Positions 62,915-64,000 of a stretch of 64,000 nucleotides of DNA are shown here, one piece after another. Numbering within the stretch: the first letter of the stretch is position 1; each line of letters opens with the position of its first letter. A program made the position numbers and the translations under genes. The notes under the pieces were generated by a model. The model was not told where the DNA came from. It did no database searches and saw only the letters and a list, made by a program, of their open reading frames with translations. The stretch comes from Tubiluchus corallicola (lineage: Eukaryota; Animalia; Priapulida), in the NCBI GenBank assembly GCA_030141605.1, contig JAQGDQ010000009.1:186001-250000 (forward strand). The letters run 5' to 3'.

Positions 62915-63340
62915 AAATCACAAAATCCGTCACTATGCCGGAAATCTTATAATTTAAGTACCAATTTTTGCCTTATTATGTAACAGTCATTATGTACCAA
63001 AAATGATGCATTATTAGCAGATTAACGTAGGATTGATCGTAGTCTGCTGTTGAGTCTTGTCACGATCTGGGTACGGTCTAGTTAATAGAGTTGGGCCATT
63101 TTATTCTGTCCTAGATGTAGGTCTAGCTACAGCTCGATCTGTGCTAATCTGAGGTCTGATACACCAGAAAACATCCTGTCTAGGGTCTGATCTGTCTGAT
63201 AATTAGTTTACAGTTCTGGTCGAGCCGTGACAAAACTCAATCAGAGACCATGATTATCCTGTTACATAATGCATCATTTTTGTTACTTAATGATTGTTAC
63301 ACAGTAATCTAAAATTTGCTAGTGGCGATTTGTGAATTTA
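62915..63340. mobile_element. Fold-back element with a low-complexity core
   Basis: The arm TTATGTAACAGTCATTATGTACCAAAAATGATGCATTAT (about 62975-63013) pairs with ATAATGCATCATTTTTTGTTACTTAATGATTGTTACAC (about 63266-63302). The centre is rich in TCTGA/TCTAG motifs. Confidence 0.55.
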
Positions 63341-63840
63341 TGTAAATTAATTATTTACGTCAGCCTTTTAGAGGACTAATTTTCTTGGTGCTTATAAGAT
63401 TTATTAATTTCATTTCAAATAGACAGTATTATATCACAGACAAAATACGATATTCAGTTTATAATGAAAGACACAAAAAACATGAAAGTTTGATTTGTAT
63501 ATTGGTATGGCATTTTTGCCTTGCAAAAATTTATCCCCCGATTATCAAGATTTGCAGAAGGTCAACCGTCACTAAATAGAAATCTTTAACTGCAATCAGT
63601 GCTGGTCATTTCATTGGCCGCCAGTCACCAAGCTATTGTCTGAAATATGCAGTATGGCTAAGTGTGAAAACTGCAGTGATATGGCGACATCAAATAGCAA
63701 ATAGCTCTGACATGTATCGTACATCTCAGATCAGTCTCACATTACGTGTGCGTGTGCCTGTTTGGGATTTTTGTAAAAAAAAGCTATTAATGTCCAGGAA
63801 ACGTCATATGATTTAATCGATTTTATTCTATATCAATGTG

Positions 63841-63892
63841 ATGCATTATCTGTAAATAAAATAACAATGCATTATCTGTAAATAAAATAACA
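63841..63892. repeat. 26-bp tandem duplication
   Basis: ATGCATTATCTGTAAATAAAATAACA x2. Confidence 0.9.
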
Positions 63893-64000
63893 GGGATTTC
63901 GGCTTGTTAAAATAAGCTTGTTAACTAACTTTTATACGCTTATAAACAACAACTATGATAAATAGAAATTATGATTTCGAATTCCTAAATTAAGTTTATG

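Overview
AT-rich (roughly one third GC), intron-rich genomic DNA from an invertebrate animal; the Ptp10D-like phosphatase suggests a protostome. It is not prokaryotic and contains no CRISPR. Four protein-coding genes can be read by hand. (1) A complete 33-coding-exon R3-subtype receptor tyrosine phosphatase (Ptp10D/PTPRB-like, about 1454 aa) on the minus strand, 855-26816. (2) A single-coding-exon, 682-aa ZFC3H1/Red1-like PAXT adaptor, 38678-40726 (+), which stops before the C-terminal HAT/TPR region of vertebrate ZFC3H1. (3) A spliced secreted coiled-coil + LamG/concanavalin-like (Laminin_G_3) protein, 45108-55929 (+), mostly missed by the ORF track. (4) A 614-aa Ser-rich, probably disordered orphan ORF, 57209-59053 (-), with calcineurin-docking-like motifs. 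Between genes 1 and 2 lies a 2.7-kb array of about 62 copies of a 44-bp unit containing a 14-bp palindrome, with higher-order duplications and MITE-like flanks. Introns and intergenic DNA hold hAT, TTAA-type and fold-back MITEs, Harbinger and Tc1/mariner transposase remnants, LINE/SINE fragments and microsatellites. No new multi-gene system could be demonstrated. The best leads are the compact ZFC3H1, the palindromic satellite, the long-pentraxin-like LamG protein and the orphan ORF. All exon models are manual and unverified by expression data.
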